A DNA stretch of 39,070 nucleotides, taken from assembly GCA_965234725.1 (NCBI GenBank), contig CBDDUX010000067.1:1-39070 (forward strand). Reading direction: 5' to 3'. This document shows positions 10,593 to 20,829 of this stretch, piece by piece. The first letter of the stretch is position 1. Every line of letters begins with the position of its first letter. The translations under genes were made by a program, and so were the position numbers. A model generated the notes under the pieces. It saw nothing but the letters and a program-made list of their open reading frames with translations. It did not search any database and was not told the origin of the DNA. This DNA is from Thermoplasmatota archaeon (GTDB lineage: Archaea; Thermoplasmatota; Penumbrarchaeia; Penumbrarchaeales; Penumbrarchaeaceae).

Positions 10593-11753
10593 ATGGTCTC
10601 GGTAAAGGAAAGGACGGTCAAGGGAAAGAAATACCTCTACATATCCGCCACATCGTCATACAAAGGTCAGAAGAAGAGATTCGAGAAATCCCTGGGTCCT
10701 GTCGATTCCGATCCTAAGGAAATTGAGCATAAGACGGAGTTCTATTCTGACCTACTTGAACTTAAATCGGTTCTCTTCAAGATCTATCTTGAGGCCAAGG
10801 ACAAGGAATTCAAGTATCTCCCTCGTTTCTATTCGATCTACCTTTCAATGATCAGGAACTTCTATTCCCAGTTCCTTTCTGACCTGTATCCTTCTGAGCT
10901 GGAAAAATACAAGGAAGTACAGAATGTAAAGTATGTTCACCATACAACTGCGATGGAAGGAAATACCCTGACTCTGAGAGAAGCCGCCCTCATAATAGAA
11001 GACGGGATTGCACCAAAAGGAAAACAACTTAGGGAGATACACGAGGTTGAGAACTTCAAGAAGGTTCTCAGGTATCTCAGATCTTATAAAGGGGACGTCT
11101 CTCTCCCGTTTATCAAGAAGATCCATTATATGGTCCAGCAAAATATTGATGACGAGCAGGCCGGCAATCTCAGAAGGATAGAGGTGGGGGTCGTTGGTTC
11201 CAATTTCGAACCGCCTCCGGCCATATTCGTCGAGGATGAGATCAAAGAACTGGTAGAATGGTACAAGGATAATTCCGATCATCTGCACCCTTTCGAACTT
11301 GCAGGTATCTTTCATTACAGATTGGTCCAGATCCATCCTTTCGTAGATGGGAACGGGAGAGTGGCCAGAGAGCTTCTGAACTTCATCCTTGAGAGGAACG
11401 GGTATCCCCCTACTATATTGGAGGTGACCGATCGTGAGGATTATCTGAAGAGGCTCCAGAAAGCGGATGACGGTGATCCGGCTCCATTCCTTGAGCTTCT
11501 GGCGATCAAGATGATCACAGATTATGAGGATGTCATCATGTCATTTCAAAAGAGGGCCTTAAAAGATATAGAAACCCTGACAGACGGAGAGATGGCAGAG
11601 ATATTCCAGATGCTTGTATGGTTCATGCATTTGATGAGGGAGTTCGAGGTTGATATCCCTGCAGAAGCTAGGGAGAGGATCTCTTCGATCAAACGCTTCT
11701 TCGAGAGGGGAATGATCCATTCTGATCGAAATCAGATCATTCCAGAAACCTGA
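10593..11753 (+). CDS. Fic-domain protein (AMP transferase family)
   Basis: Canonical HPFVDGNGRVAR motif, upstream inhibitory-type TTAMEGN motif, and a basic N-terminal GKKYLY segment. Confidence 0.93.
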   Translation: MVSVKERTVKGKKYLYISATSSYKGQKKRFEKSLGPVDSDPKEIEHKTEFYSDLLELKSVLFKIYLEAKDKEFKYLPRFYSIYLSMIRNFYSQFLSDLYPSELEKYKEVQNVKYVHHTTAMEGNTLTLREAALIIEDGIAPKGKQLREIHEVENFKKVLRYLRSYKGDVSLPFIKKIHYMVQQNIDDEQAGNLRRIEVGVVGSNFEPPPAIFVEDEIKELVEWYKDNSDHLHPFELAGIFHYRLVQIHPFVDGNGRVARELLNFILERNGYPPTILEVTDREDYLKRLQKADDGDPAPFLELLAIKMITDYEDVIMSFQKRALKDIETLTDGEMAEIFQMLVWFMHLMREFEVDIPAEARERISSIKRFFERGMIHSDRNQIIPET

Positions 11754-11834
11754 TCCATAATTCATTTGAAAATACCATTAAGATGTGGATTGACCTTTTG
11801 ATTGAATATCTGATCTACATGGAGGATCATAGTT

Positions 11835-12161
11835 CTATGCCCGGTGTTTCCTATACCAGGCTGGAAGACCGATGTACCTGTAGTGGTCCTCTATCTGTTT
11901 TGAATAGATCGAGGCATAGAACTTGTTAAACTCTCCAACATGGAGAAGTCCTTTCTTTGTTGGGACTATCTTGTAGGTCCTCTCATCCCTTTCTATTTCG
12001 ATATAACCCTCGGAACCAAGGTGGTCCAGTATCCTTTCTGTCATATTATGGTTAGATCTAATGTGATGCATAATCTCCGATTTTGAAAGACCTATTGTTG
12101 ATTCAAGAAGAAGAAGCTCCAGTTTGCTTTCAAGGTCCTTCTGCTGAGGATCGATACCCAT
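11835..12161 (-). CDS. Winged-helix DNA-binding protein (108 aa)
   Basis: wHTH pattern GLSKSEIMHHI...ILDHLGSEGYI...YKIVPTKKG. Start moved to MGIDPQ (12161) because the longer ORF (to 12314) overlaps the upstream gene. Confidence 0.75.
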   Translation of the reverse strand: MGIDPQQKDLESKLELLLLESTIGLSKSEIMHHIRSNHNMTERILDHLGSEGYIEIERDERTYKIVPTKKGLLHVGEFNKFYASIYSKQIEDHYRYIGLPAWYRKHRA

Positions 12162-12246
12162 GGCCGAAGCTAATAGATTGAGCACAATGCATGAATAAAG
12201 GTTCATGTCCTTGTAGCTCCTCTTCTCCACGGTAATTACACTCCTT

Positions 12247-13092
12247 TCAAGGAAGTACATTCGGAAGCTCGGGCACAAATGGAATGAACTCGTACTTTCC
12301 GGTAGGTAGTTCAACAGCTATCTGAAGATTGATCCTTTGGTTATTGTGGCCTTTTAGCCAGATCTTTCCTTCTATTATCTTATCATATACCTCATTATCA
12401 ATACCCGCATAACTTGATGCTCCTTTTATGATCATGACAACCCGATGAGGGTAAGCTCTACCATTGGCTGTGATATCATCCAGGTCCCTTACAATGTTCT
12501 TAAGATCATCCATGGTTGGAGACCTTTTATATTCTCTTAGATAGAGAGAATATCCCGGATAACCGATCTTGAACATTCTGTAAATTATTGATGGCTTCTT
12601 CTGGATGAATGCATCAAAATGATATCTGTTCCCTTTTCGACCAACTGCATAAGCATCCTTTCTCAGTATCTCGGGTCGATTCTTCAGCAATCTGGTAAAG
12701 GTCTTATTGTTCTCTTTTAGATATTCCAGAAACCTGTCTGTCTTGTTCTTGCCTTTGGGGATCGAGTATTCTGGTGGTCCTTCCCTCATCGCTTTGATGG
12801 CAGAATACCTGAATGTGGATTCCTTCAAGAACCTTCTAAGTAGTGAAAGTAATCTCGCTGTAATGATGCCGGTTACAAAAAGTGATGCCAGCACCATTAC
12901 CATGAAGAAATTACCCTGTGAAAGGACTGCCAGAAGCAGGATGAAATACAGTATGATCGAGAACCATACGAAATAAAGAGCGAATTTTGATAAGAACAGG
13001 ATCTTCTCCGATCGTTCGGTGATCTCCTCAGCAAGGTTGAACGTTCCGGAGATAGGGTCCTCGACTCCTCTGTACAGTTGCCATCTTTTCAT
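12247..13092 (-). CDS. Membrane protein (2 N-terminal TM helices) with a possible degenerate PD-(D/E)XK/Mrr-like domain
   Basis: Two hydrophobic helices at about aa 30-80, then GRKGNRYHFDAFI...LYLREYKRSPTMDDL, which resembles the restriction-endonuclease-like core. GGTGA SD upstream. The fold call is by eye. Confidence 0.7.
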   Translation of the reverse strand: MKRWQLYRGVEDPISGTFNLAEEITERSEKILFLSKFALYFVWFSIILYFILLLAVLSQGNFFMVMVLASLFVTGIITARLLSLLRRFLKESTFRYSAIKAMREGPPEYSIPKGKNKTDRFLEYLKENNKTFTRLLKNRPEILRKDAYAVGRKGNRYHFDAFIQKKPSIIYRMFKIGYPGYSLYLREYKRSPTMDDLKNIVRDLDDITANGRAYPHRVVMIIKGASSYAGIDNEVYDKIIEGKIWLKGHNNQRINLQIAVELPTGKYEFIPFVPELPNVLP

Positions 13093-13243
13093 TGTAGATC
13101 ACCTATTTTAAATTCCAATAGAGATGGCTCCCGGTTCATCCTATTTAAAACCCAATGAAACATTCTTTCACAACTATCTGCCTCAAGAACGTTTCGACCT
13201 ATTATATATGATTTCTTTCGCCTGCTTCCTTTGGTGATAAAAA

Positions 13244-15406
13244 ATGACCGCAGGAAAAGGAAAGACCGGTGTTCTTCTGCCCCTGGTTCTGATCGGGGCT
13301 GTGTTTATGTCAGGGGTAGGGCTGTTTGGCCTTCTCCTACAGGCGGCCGACAGGGACAGTGGATCCGGGCAGACAGAGATCGAGAACAGCATTATGAACG
13401 AAGAGATATCGAATGCTCAAGAGGTTGCCCAGATCAGGTTCGATGAATCCTTCAATGAAGCTCAGAAGGCAAGGACCCATGTACCTGCTGAGAAATCACT
13501 TCCCATATCGAAGGGATTCGAGCAGCCAGATATGCCCTCTCTTCCCCAGGGAGAAGAGGAGACAACAAGATCCTCAGAGGAGGACCTTCTCTCTGAAGAT
13601 GGATTCATCTCGAAGGATTCATCTCCAGGTGCACCTGACATACAGGTCGCTGACTCCCTTTCACTTCTCAATGGCAAGGGAGACCTTCTTAAGGAGACAT
13701 GCACAACAGTGAAGGAGGGAGAAGTACCTGACAAGTTACCTTTCATCGAGATCGATGAGGAGGTCTCTATCCCGGTCACAGAAGATGGCGTGGATATTGA
13801 TGATGATCGGATCGAAGAGATTTCAGATGACCTTGAAGATGCCTCAAACGATATCGAGGACCTTCTCGGTGAGAATACACCGGAGACGACCAAGGCTGGT
13901 GTCAATGATGAAATCTCCGATAGTAATACCTGGGATATATCAAATTCAACCATCAGGGATAGCGACAATGATGGAAATCCCGAATGGAAATATGAGCTGA
14001 GAGTAGCTTATGGAATGATCAATAGGACCTTCCTAAATGGCACACTGGAATATGTTGTAGGATTCGAATATGAATATATGGATTCCAATGATGATGGGAT
14101 CCCTGAATATGAGAAGGCCGTCCATGTAAAGATAGCCAACTACACAGCGAGCGGAATAAAGCTTGCAGAGGGAGTGTCATATTCAGAGATACTGAAAAAT
14201 GATACCGATGACAGTGGGATAATTGATAGTGTGGAGATCAGGCATCTCTCATATGGATACCATGCCACTATCCTCAAAACGATAAGGAGCTACGCAGTAG
14301 CAGGCGAGCTGATAATGGATGATGCAGATGAAGACGGTATCTTCGAAGATAAGGAAGGAACCGCAGTTTTCTTCTACAAGCATGAGACAGTGAACCCCTC
14401 AGTAACTCTCAAGGAATCCATTGTGATCATTCACGGTAAGGAGACCGAGGATAGAGCAGAACTTTCAAAGCTTGCCTTCAACAGGATCAATACAACAATG
14501 GGAAAAACCATCCTGGAAGAGGGATACATCTGGTCCTATACCGAGAATGATGATTCAAAGAACCTGCTGATCATTGCCGGCAGGAACAATACAGTGACTG
14601 GGAAGCTCCAGTATGTGATCCTCAACGGTTCCGAGACCATTTTCGAGAATTCAACCGTCCATAGGTTGACCGCTTTCGCTGTGGAGAACTCCACCCTCCT
14701 CTTCGGAGGAACGAGATCTGATGCCGTAGCACTCGATTACACGGTAACTATCTCAGGCGATCAGAAAATAGAGAAGGGATTCCTAGCTGCTGCCCGGACC
14801 GATACCAGGACCACCGGGCTCGATGAGTCCTTCTTCCTGATATCCCTGGATAGGACAGAATTTTCGGATATTCTTGTAAATGAGAACTCGACCATTATTG
14901 CTGGTATGAATGTCACCACTGATGGACTGAACTCCACAATGGCCTTTTCCAACAAGATCTACATCGATGATGATTCAGACGGCAATCCCGAGTATGTGAA
15001 GGAATCCTGGGTAGTAGGGAGGACAGAGGACCATGACAAGGATGGCAATTCCGATAAGGAAGCATATGCAGTTCATTGGACGGAGATCAAGGACCAAGAT
15101 GATGACGGGAATCCAGAATGGAACCAGACTTTTTCAATGCTTGGATGGAAAACTGACAGTAATGACGATGGGAACATCGACATCGAGAGAGGACTGATAT
15201 CCAATGTAACAGCCTACGACTCGAATTCCAACGGTTTTGTCGAGCTAAAGGAGACCGGTATTGTGGGATTTGAGAAGAAGGACACAGACTCTGATGGAAC
15301 GATAGACAAGGAGAATTACCTTGGAGCCTGGGAGAAAGTCACCGATGTATATGATGACAGTAACGAGATAAACACCCAATCTGGAACATGGTCACATCAG
15401 GAGTGA
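13244..15406 (+). CDS. Secreted or membrane-anchored acidic protein with repeated DxDxDG(N/I)PE Ca2+-binding-like loops
   Basis: N-terminal hydrophobic helix, GGTGA SD, low-complexity acidic linker, and repeats such as DSDNDGNPE, DSNDDGIPE, DDDSDGNPE, DQDDDGNPE and DTDSDGTID. Confidence 0.82.
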   Translation: MTAGKGKTGVLLPLVLIGAVFMSGVGLFGLLLQAADRDSGSGQTEIENSIMNEEISNAQEVAQIRFDESFNEAQKARTHVPAEKSLPISKGFEQPDMPSLPQGEEETTRSSEEDLLSEDGFISKDSSPGAPDIQVADSLSLLNGKGDLLKETCTTVKEGEVPDKLPFIEIDEEVSIPVTEDGVDIDDDRIEEISDDLEDASNDIEDLLGENTPETTKAGVNDEISDSNTWDISNSTIRDSDNDGNPEWKYELRVAYGMINRTFLNGTLEYVVGFEYEYMDSNDDGIPEYEKAVHVKIANYTASGIKLAEGVSYSEILKNDTDDSGIIDSVEIRHLSYGYHATILKTIRSYAVAGELIMDDADEDGIFEDKEGTAVFFYKHETVNPSVTLKESIVIIHGKETEDRAELSKLAFNRINTTMGKTILEEGYIWSYTENDDSKNLLIIAGRNNTVTGKLQYVILNGSETIFENSTVHRLTAFAVENSTLLFGGTRSDAVALDYTVTISGDQKIEKGFLAAARTDTRTTGLDESFFLISLDRTEFSDILVNENSTIIAGMNVTTDGLNSTMAFSNKIYIDDDSDGNPEYVKESWVVGRTEDHDKDGNSDKEAYAVHWTEIKDQDDDGNPEWNQTFSMLGWKTDSNDDGNIDIERGLISNVTAYDSNSNGFVELKETGIVGFEKKDTDSDGTIDKENYLGAWEKVTDVYDDSNEINTQSGTWSHQE

Positions 15407-15437
15407 TCAAGTTCAAAATAAGAAGGAGGTAGAAGAA

Positions 15438-15887
15438 ATGAAAATGTTATTGTTTGGAGCCATGGCCGTCCTGATCCTCGGGGCGGGGTTAATGGCTGGA
15501 TGCATAGATCAGGTAGCCGACCCGGACCTGGAATTCCATATTCTGGAAGTTACGACGAATACAACGTCTCCTAATCCGGAGTCTGTGAAAGCTGACGGAG
15601 GATACCACTTCGTCTATGTCAAGGTGAGAGTTGAGAATGAGAACAAAGATGCGGACCTTACCATCGTTCCCAAGACCTTCACACTTGATGACAACTCCTC
15701 CACTGAAGTGAAGGGGAAGTACCTCGCCAACAACGATTTAAGGCGGATCGACTCGATCAGGGTTGATGCATTTGATGAGAAGATCTTCTGGGTCATATTC
15801 CAGGTCCCTGAGGATGAGAATATGCTCTACATGAGATACAGGGGAACCCTTGATGAACCTGTAGAGAAGAAGATGCCAGATTATTGA
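15438..15887 (+). CDS. Lipoprotein, DUF4352-like Ig fold
   Basis: Lipobox LMAGC, F(V)YVKVRVEN...F.L.D...IFQVP pattern, and GGAGG SD. Confidence 0.8.
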   Translation: MKMLLFGAMAVLILGAGLMAGCIDQVADPDLEFHILEVTTNTTSPNPESVKADGGYHFVYVKVRVENENKDADLTIVPKTFTLDDNSSTEVKGKYLANNDLRRIDSIRVDAFDEKIFWVIFQVPEDENMLYMRYRGTLDEPVEKKMPDY

Positions 15888-15916
15888 TCGGGCAATGAAA
15901 GACTGGACTTATATAC

Positions 15917-15955
15917 GTCGGGAGGTTCTTATGAGTCTCCCGGCCACTTTTTTTT
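15917..15955 (+). terminator. Stem-loop plus T8 tract after the 13244-15887 gene pair
   Basis: GTCGGGAGGTTC-TTAT-GAGTCTCCCGGC (12-bp stem including G-U pairs), followed by TTTTTTTT at 15948-15955. Confidence 0.7.
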
Positions 15956-16052
15956 GACATTTCTGGTGCATATTTAGGGCGAAGATGAAAATAAGGAGGC
16001 CAGAGTTAAATAAATCCTTAAACGATATTCATCAGCTATAGGAGTGTAATAG

Positions 16053-19000
16053 ATGAAAATATTCTCTCTGATCAGGTTGGCTACCCTGTTGATCACTCTC
16101 TCACTTTCCATTAATTACATTCCTAGCTCCGAGGGAGATGAGGTCCAAATTGATCCTGGGACCTCAAACGGTCCGGTCCTGTGGACCCATAAGGGGCCGA
16201 TACCTATATCCCTCCTTGATGATGAATTCTCCAATGGTGATGATTCCAATACTGACCACATCATCGTTCAATTCCGAGGTCCTGTAGGGGACAGACAAAT
16301 TGAATTGTTGAAGAATTCCGGTCTTCAAGTTATGGACTACTTTCCGGATAATGCATATGTTGTTAGAACCAATGGAATGTCCCGATCCATGATCGGACGA
16401 CTTCCAGGTGTCACAGGGACATCTCCTTTCTATTCAGGACTGAAGGTCCATCCAAATATAATGCGGTCATTCCAGGAAGGAAAGGACCCTTTCAGTGAAT
16501 TCCATTCAATTACCATTGAAACGTTTACCTCTGAATCGATCGAATGGGATCTGTCCGATATAGGAGTAATATTCGAAAGGACAAAGGATACCAGATATGT
16601 TGTTTACAGGCCCCTCCCCACACTGGATAGGTTGCTTGGGATAGAAGGAATAAAGTGGATCGAGCCTAGATCCGAGATGGTCCTGATGAATGACGTTGCA
16701 TCAGGGATAATCGATGTTGATACTGTATGGGATGATCTTGGTCTTGATGGGACAGGTCAGGTAGTGGGTATATCAGATACAGGTATCGATACAGGAGTGG
16801 ACAACCACGCGGTTAACGGAGATATGCATCTTGATCTTGATAATAGGATTGTGATCACAGATTGGTCCGGTTCCGGTCCGGATGATGATAATGGCCATGG
16901 AACCCACGTAACCGGGTCTGTGGCGGGTGACGGGACAAGGTCCAATGGTAATATCAAGGGAATGGCCTACAATTCTACCATCTATTTCCAGGCTCTTGAG
17001 ACAGATTCGGGGTTTCTCAATTCTCCCTCTAACCTCAGTCAGCTCTTCACACAGGCCTACAATAACGGGGCAAGGATACATACGAATTCCTGGGGTTCGG
17101 ATGCTTCAGTTCTTTGGGGTGCATACACAGCCGAATCATACGATGTGGACTGGTCAATGTTCACTTCACCGGACCTTCTGATCTTGTTTGCAGCTGGTAA
17201 CGATGGAAATGATGCCAACTCTAACGGTAAAGTGGACCAGAATTCCGTATCTCCACCCTCAACTGCCAAATCAGCTTTGACCGTTGGAGCATCCGAGAAC
17301 CTTAGAGGTGTCGGAGGATATCAGGGTTCATGGGGTGCAGGCTGGCCGGCGGATTTTCCAGCAAATCCCCTTGCATCTGACAGACCTTCGAATAATTCAA
17401 ACGGGATCGCCGCCTTCTCCTCGAGAGGCCCTCTTGACGATGGCAGGTTAAAACCTGATATTGTTGCACCGGGGACCAATATACTATCCACTAGATCGAC
17501 CGTGGGTTCGAGTACCGGGTGGGGTTTCTACAATAGTACTTACATCTACTTCGGTGGGACCTCCATGTCAACCCCGATCACAGCCGGTATGGCTGCTTTG
17601 GTCAGACAATATTACAATCAGACCGTGGGATTGGATTCCCCCTCTGCGTCGCTTCTCAAGGCCACAATAATCAACGGTGCGACCGATCTTACTCCTGGTC
17701 AGTATGGAACCGCCAATCCGACCACACAGGAGATCCATTCCCGCCCGGATGTGGATCAGGGTTGGGGGCGGATCAACATGAAGGATTCCGTTGACCCGGA
17801 CGGTAGATCCCTATCTTTCATTGACAACACAAGCGGCGTTTCCACCGGAAAGAACCTTACAAGGATGTTCAGGGTTATATCATCCGATGAAGAGCTAAGA
17901 ATGACCTTGGCCTGGTCCGATTACCCTGGATCTCTCTTCTCCGGGAAACAGCTGATCAACGATCTGGACCTTGTCCTTTATGCCCCCAATGGAACGATTT
18001 ACAGAGGAAACGACTTCACTTACCCTTTTCATGACTCGACCGATTCTATCAATCCCGTTGAGGGGATATCTATCAGATCACCATCTTTAGGATGGTGGAA
18101 GGTAGTTGTCGAGGGTACCAATATTCCCCGGGGCCCTCAGCATTTCTCCCTTGTTGCAACCGGAAATATGACAGATATGATATCCAATATGCTTGTTCTC
18201 GACAGGTTCTTTTACTCAACCGATGAGGATACCGTTTTGATATCCCTATCCTCCAGGGACCACTCGGGAGAGGGATCATTGAGCGTTCATATTTCATCTA
18301 CCTCGGATCCCGCTGGTAAGAACATCACATTATTCGAGGAATCAACGCTGGGAGCATTTACAGGGACCTTCATTACCACCAATGCGACGACAATGGATAC
18401 AGGTAAGCTATATGTTTCCCACGATGATATGATCACCGTTGAATTCGATTCACCGTTCGGATTCTTCTATAAGACCAATGCAACTGCAAAGAGGCCAATG
18501 AAAGCTGGCCTCATATTACTTGATGAGAATAAATTGATATATTCCAGATATGAAACGGTAAGATTACTCGGTTACGGAGATCCTGCCCAAGAGATCGAAT
18601 GGACCGTTCTGGGATCGGATCTTCCATGGATCGGCCTATTCGATGATGGCATCCCTTCCCACGGTGACCCCAATGCCAGTGATGGCGAATACAATGTTCT
18701 ATTTTACATATCAAATGAATACCACGCAGATGGGAACATCACTCTTAGGGTCAGGGACCCATATCTCGGCAATCTCTATTACGAGCAATTCCAGATCAAG
18801 ATAGATCCCACCAGACCAGGAGCACCAAAGGATCTGGAGGCCTCCCCCCTCCCACAGGGAAATTCAGTACGCTTGAGATGGAACCGGTCACCAACGGTTG
18901 GAGTCCATCATTACACTGTCTTTATCAACATGACCGATATCCCACCGGATCTGGATATTTCAGGTTGGTTGGACTACTCGAATACCACTGGACCGGAAAA

Positions 19001-20807
19001 TAGTTCAATTGTTACAGGTCTGGCAGATGGGACCCTTTATCATTTCAGGGTGGCCTCGGTCGGAGCAGGTGGGAATATTTCCTCCCCTTCACTCTGGGCC
19101 AGTGCAACACCCTATGATGTCAGATCACCAACGATAACTTTCACCGGTCCCCCCCTCGTCTTCTCAGGGATAGCAACTATTGAATTCCAGGCAGATCAGG
19201 ATCTGGAACATCTCGAACTTCAATACTACGAAGATATCGACGGGGATGGTATTGCGAATGATAACGGGACCTTTCTTCCCGCTGTGAACTCGACCGGTCC
19301 GGATGCATCATGGGACACCAGGTCCTCCGCGGGAGGACCCGGTGAATTGGATCGGATGATACTCAGATGGAGGGGACATGATGAGGTTCCGAATATTTCC
19401 GACTGGATAATAATGGGTGGATTCGGCATTGACAACACAGGACCTCCTTATCTTGAACTATCCACCTTCCCCCCACGGGTTACCAATGGGACCACTTTCG
19501 ATCTCATAGGGAACACGGAGCCACTTGCAAGTGTAGAAGCCACATTGAACGATGTTCCGTTGGGAACCTTTTCCGCAGGGATGACTGGTATATTCGATCT
19601 GAGTATCGATCTGAGGGAAGGAAGGAACTACCTCAACCTTACAGCCTATGATCTCCACGGTGCAGGACCGACAACTTCAGATCACATCTTCACAAGGGAT
19701 ACCCGGGACCCGGTAGCTTCCATAAGACAGATCGAAGATGAGATCGAGATCAAATGCAACTGCACCTCATTTACCTCAAATTCATTTGACTTTGGATCGG
19801 ATCCAGATTTCAATGATTTGGCAAACCAGACCTGGGCCCTTATTGATCCGTTCGGTGCCACAACTTTTCATTATGGGAGGACAATAGGCTCCACATTCGA
19901 GCTCACAGGTACCTATTCCTTGACTCTCAAGGTTTGGGACCATGCAATGAACTGGGACCAAACAGCTGTATCATTCATTGTTGTTGATCGAACACCCCCT
20001 GTTCCAGTGATATCCGGTCCGATCACCGGCGATGAAGATACAACATATCAGTTCTCCATTGAGGGTTCATCGGATAACGATCCCAATCTATTTTCATCCG
20101 GGAATGCGCAGGTGCTTTGGGTGTTCGAGGGACCTTTTGATTTCTTCGAGACATCTGACCGGTACGATCCCTACATTCTATTCCCGGAACCGGGAGAATA
20201 CACCATTACTCTCAGGGTGGTCGACGGTGGAAGGAACAATGCCAGTGTGATCAGGACCATAAACATTCGCGATACAACCCCTCCTCAGATAGAGATAGTG
20301 GGAAAAAGGGTGTTCGATCCGAGAGAGGAAGCCCTCTTCAACGTCACAGTTTTGGATAATTCCCCTGCAGGTTCCCCTGGTCCCACATATCTATGGCAAC
20401 TGATCTATCTTGATGGAGGCTCGGATGCCCCGATATCAACATCGGAGGAGGACCATTTTCTAGTAACATTGATGGATCCGGGTAACTATACCCTAAAATT
20501 GACGGTTTGGGATGATTCCGATAACGGAAGGAATAGTTCTCTTCAGCTTCTTGTCAGAAAACCCATTGTTATAAAAGAACGGGATAATGGGTCCGATGAC
20601 TCAATTCCCTACACATATATTGCAATAGGTGTCATCGTCATTGGTATCGTGCTTTTAATGGCGGTAGGTTTCCTCATAGCCGGAAGGAGGAGATATTCCA
20701 CTGATGAGGATATGGAATGGGAGGACGAGGATGAAGATATCGACGATCTGGATGATATCGAGGATGAAGATGAGATAGATTGGGAGGATGACGAAGATTG
20801 GGAATAA
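16053..20807 (+). CDS. Membrane-anchored S8 subtilisin-like serine protease (Kp-43-like) with FN3 and PKD/Ig domains
   Basis: Catalytic triad motifs DTGID, HGTHVTG and GTSMSTP; oxyanion motif FAAGN; IHTNSWG; signal peptide and propeptide; C-terminal TM helix and acidic tail. Confidence 0.95.
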   Translation: MKIFSLIRLATLLITLSLSINYIPSSEGDEVQIDPGTSNGPVLWTHKGPIPISLLDDEFSNGDDSNTDHIIVQFRGPVGDRQIELLKNSGLQVMDYFPDNAYVVRTNGMSRSMIGRLPGVTGTSPFYSGLKVHPNIMRSFQEGKDPFSEFHSITIETFTSESIEWDLSDIGVIFERTKDTRYVVYRPLPTLDRLLGIEGIKWIEPRSEMVLMNDVASGIIDVDTVWDDLGLDGTGQVVGISDTGIDTGVDNHAVNGDMHLDLDNRIVITDWSGSGPDDDNGHGTHVTGSVAGDGTRSNGNIKGMAYNSTIYFQALETDSGFLNSPSNLSQLFTQAYNNGARIHTNSWGSDASVLWGAYTAESYDVDWSMFTSPDLLILFAAGNDGNDANSNGKVDQNSVSPPSTAKSALTVGASENLRGVGGYQGSWGAGWPADFPANPLASDRPSNNSNGIAAFSSRGPLDDGRLKPDIVAPGTNILSTRSTVGSSTGWGFYNSTYIYFGGTSMSTPITAGMAALVRQYYNQTVGLDSPSASLLKATIINGATDLTPGQYGTANPTTQEIHSRPDVDQGWGRINMKDSVDPDGRSLSFIDNTSGVSTGKNLTRMFRVISSDEELRMTLAWSDYPGSLFSGKQLINDLDLVLYAPNGTIYRGNDFTYPFHDSTDSINPVEGISIRSPSLGWWKVVVEGTNIPRGPQHFSLVATGNMTDMISNMLVLDRFFYSTDEDTVLISLSSRDHSGEGSLSVHISSTSDPAGKNITLFEESTLGAFTGTFITTNATTMDTGKLYVSHDDMITVEFDSPFGFFYKTNATAKRPMKAGLILLDENKLIYSRYETVRLLGYGDPAQEIEWTVLGSDLPWIGLFDDGIPSHGDPNASDGEYNVLFYISNEYHADGNITLRVRDPYLGNLYYEQFQIKIDPTRPGAPKDLEASPLPQGNSVRLRWNRSPTVGVHHYTVFINMTDIPPDLDISGWLDYSNTTGPENSSIVTGLADGTLYHFRVASVGAGGNISSPSLWASATPYDVRSPTITFTGPPLVFSGIATIEFQADQDLEHLELQYYEDIDGDGIANDNGTFLPAVNSTGPDASWDTRSSAGGPGELDRMILRWRGHDEVPNISDWIIMGGFGIDNTGPPYLELSTFPPRVTNGTTFDLIGNTEPLASVEATLNDVPLGTFSAGMTGIFDLSIDLREGRNYLNLTAYDLHGAGPTTSDHIFTRDTRDPVASIRQIEDEIEIKCNCTSFTSNSFDFGSDPDFNDLANQTWALIDPFGATTFHYGRTIGSTFELTGTYSLTLKVWDHAMNWDQTAVSFIVVDRTPPVPVISGPITGDEDTTYQFSIEGSSDNDPNLFSSGNAQVLWVFEGPFDFFETSDRYDPYILFPEPGEYTITLRVVDGGRNNASVIRTINIRDTTPPQIEIVGKRVFDPREEALFNVTVLDNSPAGSPGPTYLWQLIYLDGGSDAPISTSEEDHFLVTLMDPGNYTLKLTVWDDSDNGRNSSLQLLVRKPIVIKERDNGSDDSIPYTYIAIGVIVIGIVLLMAVGFLIAGRRRYSTDEDMEWEDEDEDIDDLDDIEDEDEIDWEDDEDWE

Positions 20808-20829
20808 GTATTATTTTATTAGGTTATTC

